From an uncultured Lachnospiraceae bacterium (GTDB lineage: Bacteria > Bacillota > Clostridia > Lachnospirales > Lachnospiraceae), in NCBI GenBank assembly GCA_902475025.1, contig CABRXX010000001.1, positions 32,454-96,453 on the forward strand: a stretch of DNA of 64,000 bases. Direction: 5' to 3'. The position numbers were made by a program, and so were the translations under genes. Within the stretch, counting starts at the first letter, position 1, and every line of letters begins with the position of its first letter. The notes beneath the pieces were generated by a model. The model saw only the letters and a list, made by a program, of their open reading frames with translations. It searched no databases and was not told the origin of the DNA. Positions 63,515-64,000 of the stretch are shown piece after piece.

Positions 63515-64000
63515 AGGATATGGAGAAAAAGCTGGGAGAGATCCGCAGGGAGATTGAGGCGAATGAAAGAGAAGCCAGAGAAAGCGGGATCCCCATGAAA
63601 ACGGCAGAGGAAGGAGCCAGCCTTCGCGCTTCCATGAAAACAGTAAATCAGCCGAAGATGAAAAAGGACGCGATGGCACTGGTTACCGGAAAACCGGTAT
63701 TTCTGGATGATGTGACCGGCCGGGAGTATCTGGTGGTGAAGGTGCTTAGAAGCCCTCATGCCAATGCCATAGTAAAGAAGATCGATACCGATCGGGCGAA
63801 AAAGGTTCCAGGCGTAGAGTGCGTTTTTACCTGGGAGGATGTGCCGAACCAGCGGTTTACCATGGCAGGCCAGACCTATCCGGAGTTAAGCCCCTACGAT
63901 CGCTTGATTCTGGATTCCCATGTGAGGTATGTGGGAGATCCGGTGGCCATTGTGGCAGGGGAAAATGAGGATTGTGTAGATCGGGCTTTGAAATTGATCC
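63511..64000 (+). CDS. xanthine-dehydrogenase family molybdopterin-binding (large) subunit, 5' part (runs off window)
   Basis: ATGA start/stop overlap with the previous gene. A ~50-aa charged N-terminal extension precedes KKDAMALVTGKPVFLDDV...VKVLRSPHANA...YVGDPVAIVAGE. Confidence 0.8.
   Translation, partial: MKDMEKKLGEIRREIEANEREARESGIPMKTAEEGASLRASMKTVNQPKMKKDAMALVTGKPVFLDDVTGREYLVVKVLRSPHANAIVKKIDTDRAKKVPGVECVFTWEDVPNQRFTMAGQTYPELSPYDRLILDSHVRYVGDPVAIVAGENEDCVDRALKLI

Overview
64-kb chromosomal segment that looks like a Firmicutes/Clostridia genome. This is inferred from gene content only: Firmicutes-type galT, gdpP-rplI-dnaB, perR with reverse rubrerythrin and trxB, iorAB-paaK-ACT, and GGAGG-type ribosome-binding sites (RBS). 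No database search was possible. I call about 58 protein genes, one tRNA-Lys(CUU), a cobalamin riboswitch and a guanine-type purine riboswitch. Gene blocks in order: (1) galT 3' end; (2) a ribose-type sugar locus (951-11911) interleaved with extra enzymes; (3) an 8-kb mixed block bracketed by two Rpn/PD-(D/E)XK 'transposase-like' genes, holding greA, a Dam-like methyltransferase overlapping an HD hydrolase, B12 riboswitch -> secreted CbiK-like protein, and an ECF sigma with a beta-propeller membrane protein; (4) acyl-CoA synthetase and a TrpR-like/iorAB/paaK/ACT aryl-2-oxoacid operon; (5) two MGMT-family genes; (6) a riboswitch-controlled BMP-family nucleoside ABC transporter; (7) TetR, GH13 and glgB; (8) gdpP-rplI-dnaB; (9) alpha-glucosidase, a degenerate LytM protein, GIY-YIG, hemolysin-III and an ECF S-component; (10) a perR-rubrerythrin / trxB oxidative-stress cluster; (11) an NlpC/P60 hydrolase; (12) a gene-free gap with a dense DnaA-box cluster; (13) tRNA-Lys, an AI-2E transporter and trmB; (14) an HExxH protein and a three-subunit xanthine-dehydrogenase-family enzyme running off the window. 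I found no rRNA, CRISPR array, intact IS/prophage or recognisable canonical defence system. Most worth follow-up: a ~120-bp palindromic MITE-like repeat family (3 close copies plus 1 diverged, one sitting inside a terminator hairpin); a second ~73-bp repeat placed right after two terminators; the DnaA-box cluster away from any dnaA gene; the exported CbiK-like chelatase under a B12 riboswitch; the non-canonical enzyme set inside the ribose locus; and the translationally coupled enlarged Dam-like MTase plus YfbR-like HD hydrolase. Several gene remnants and fusions mark past rearrangements: a YczE-like pseudogene, a GNAT N-terminal fragment and a signal-peptide/Big_2-like::half-amidotransferase chimera. 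Start codons were chosen by RBS inspection and family-typical N-termini and are less certain than stops. All functional calls rest on motif and family recognition by eye.
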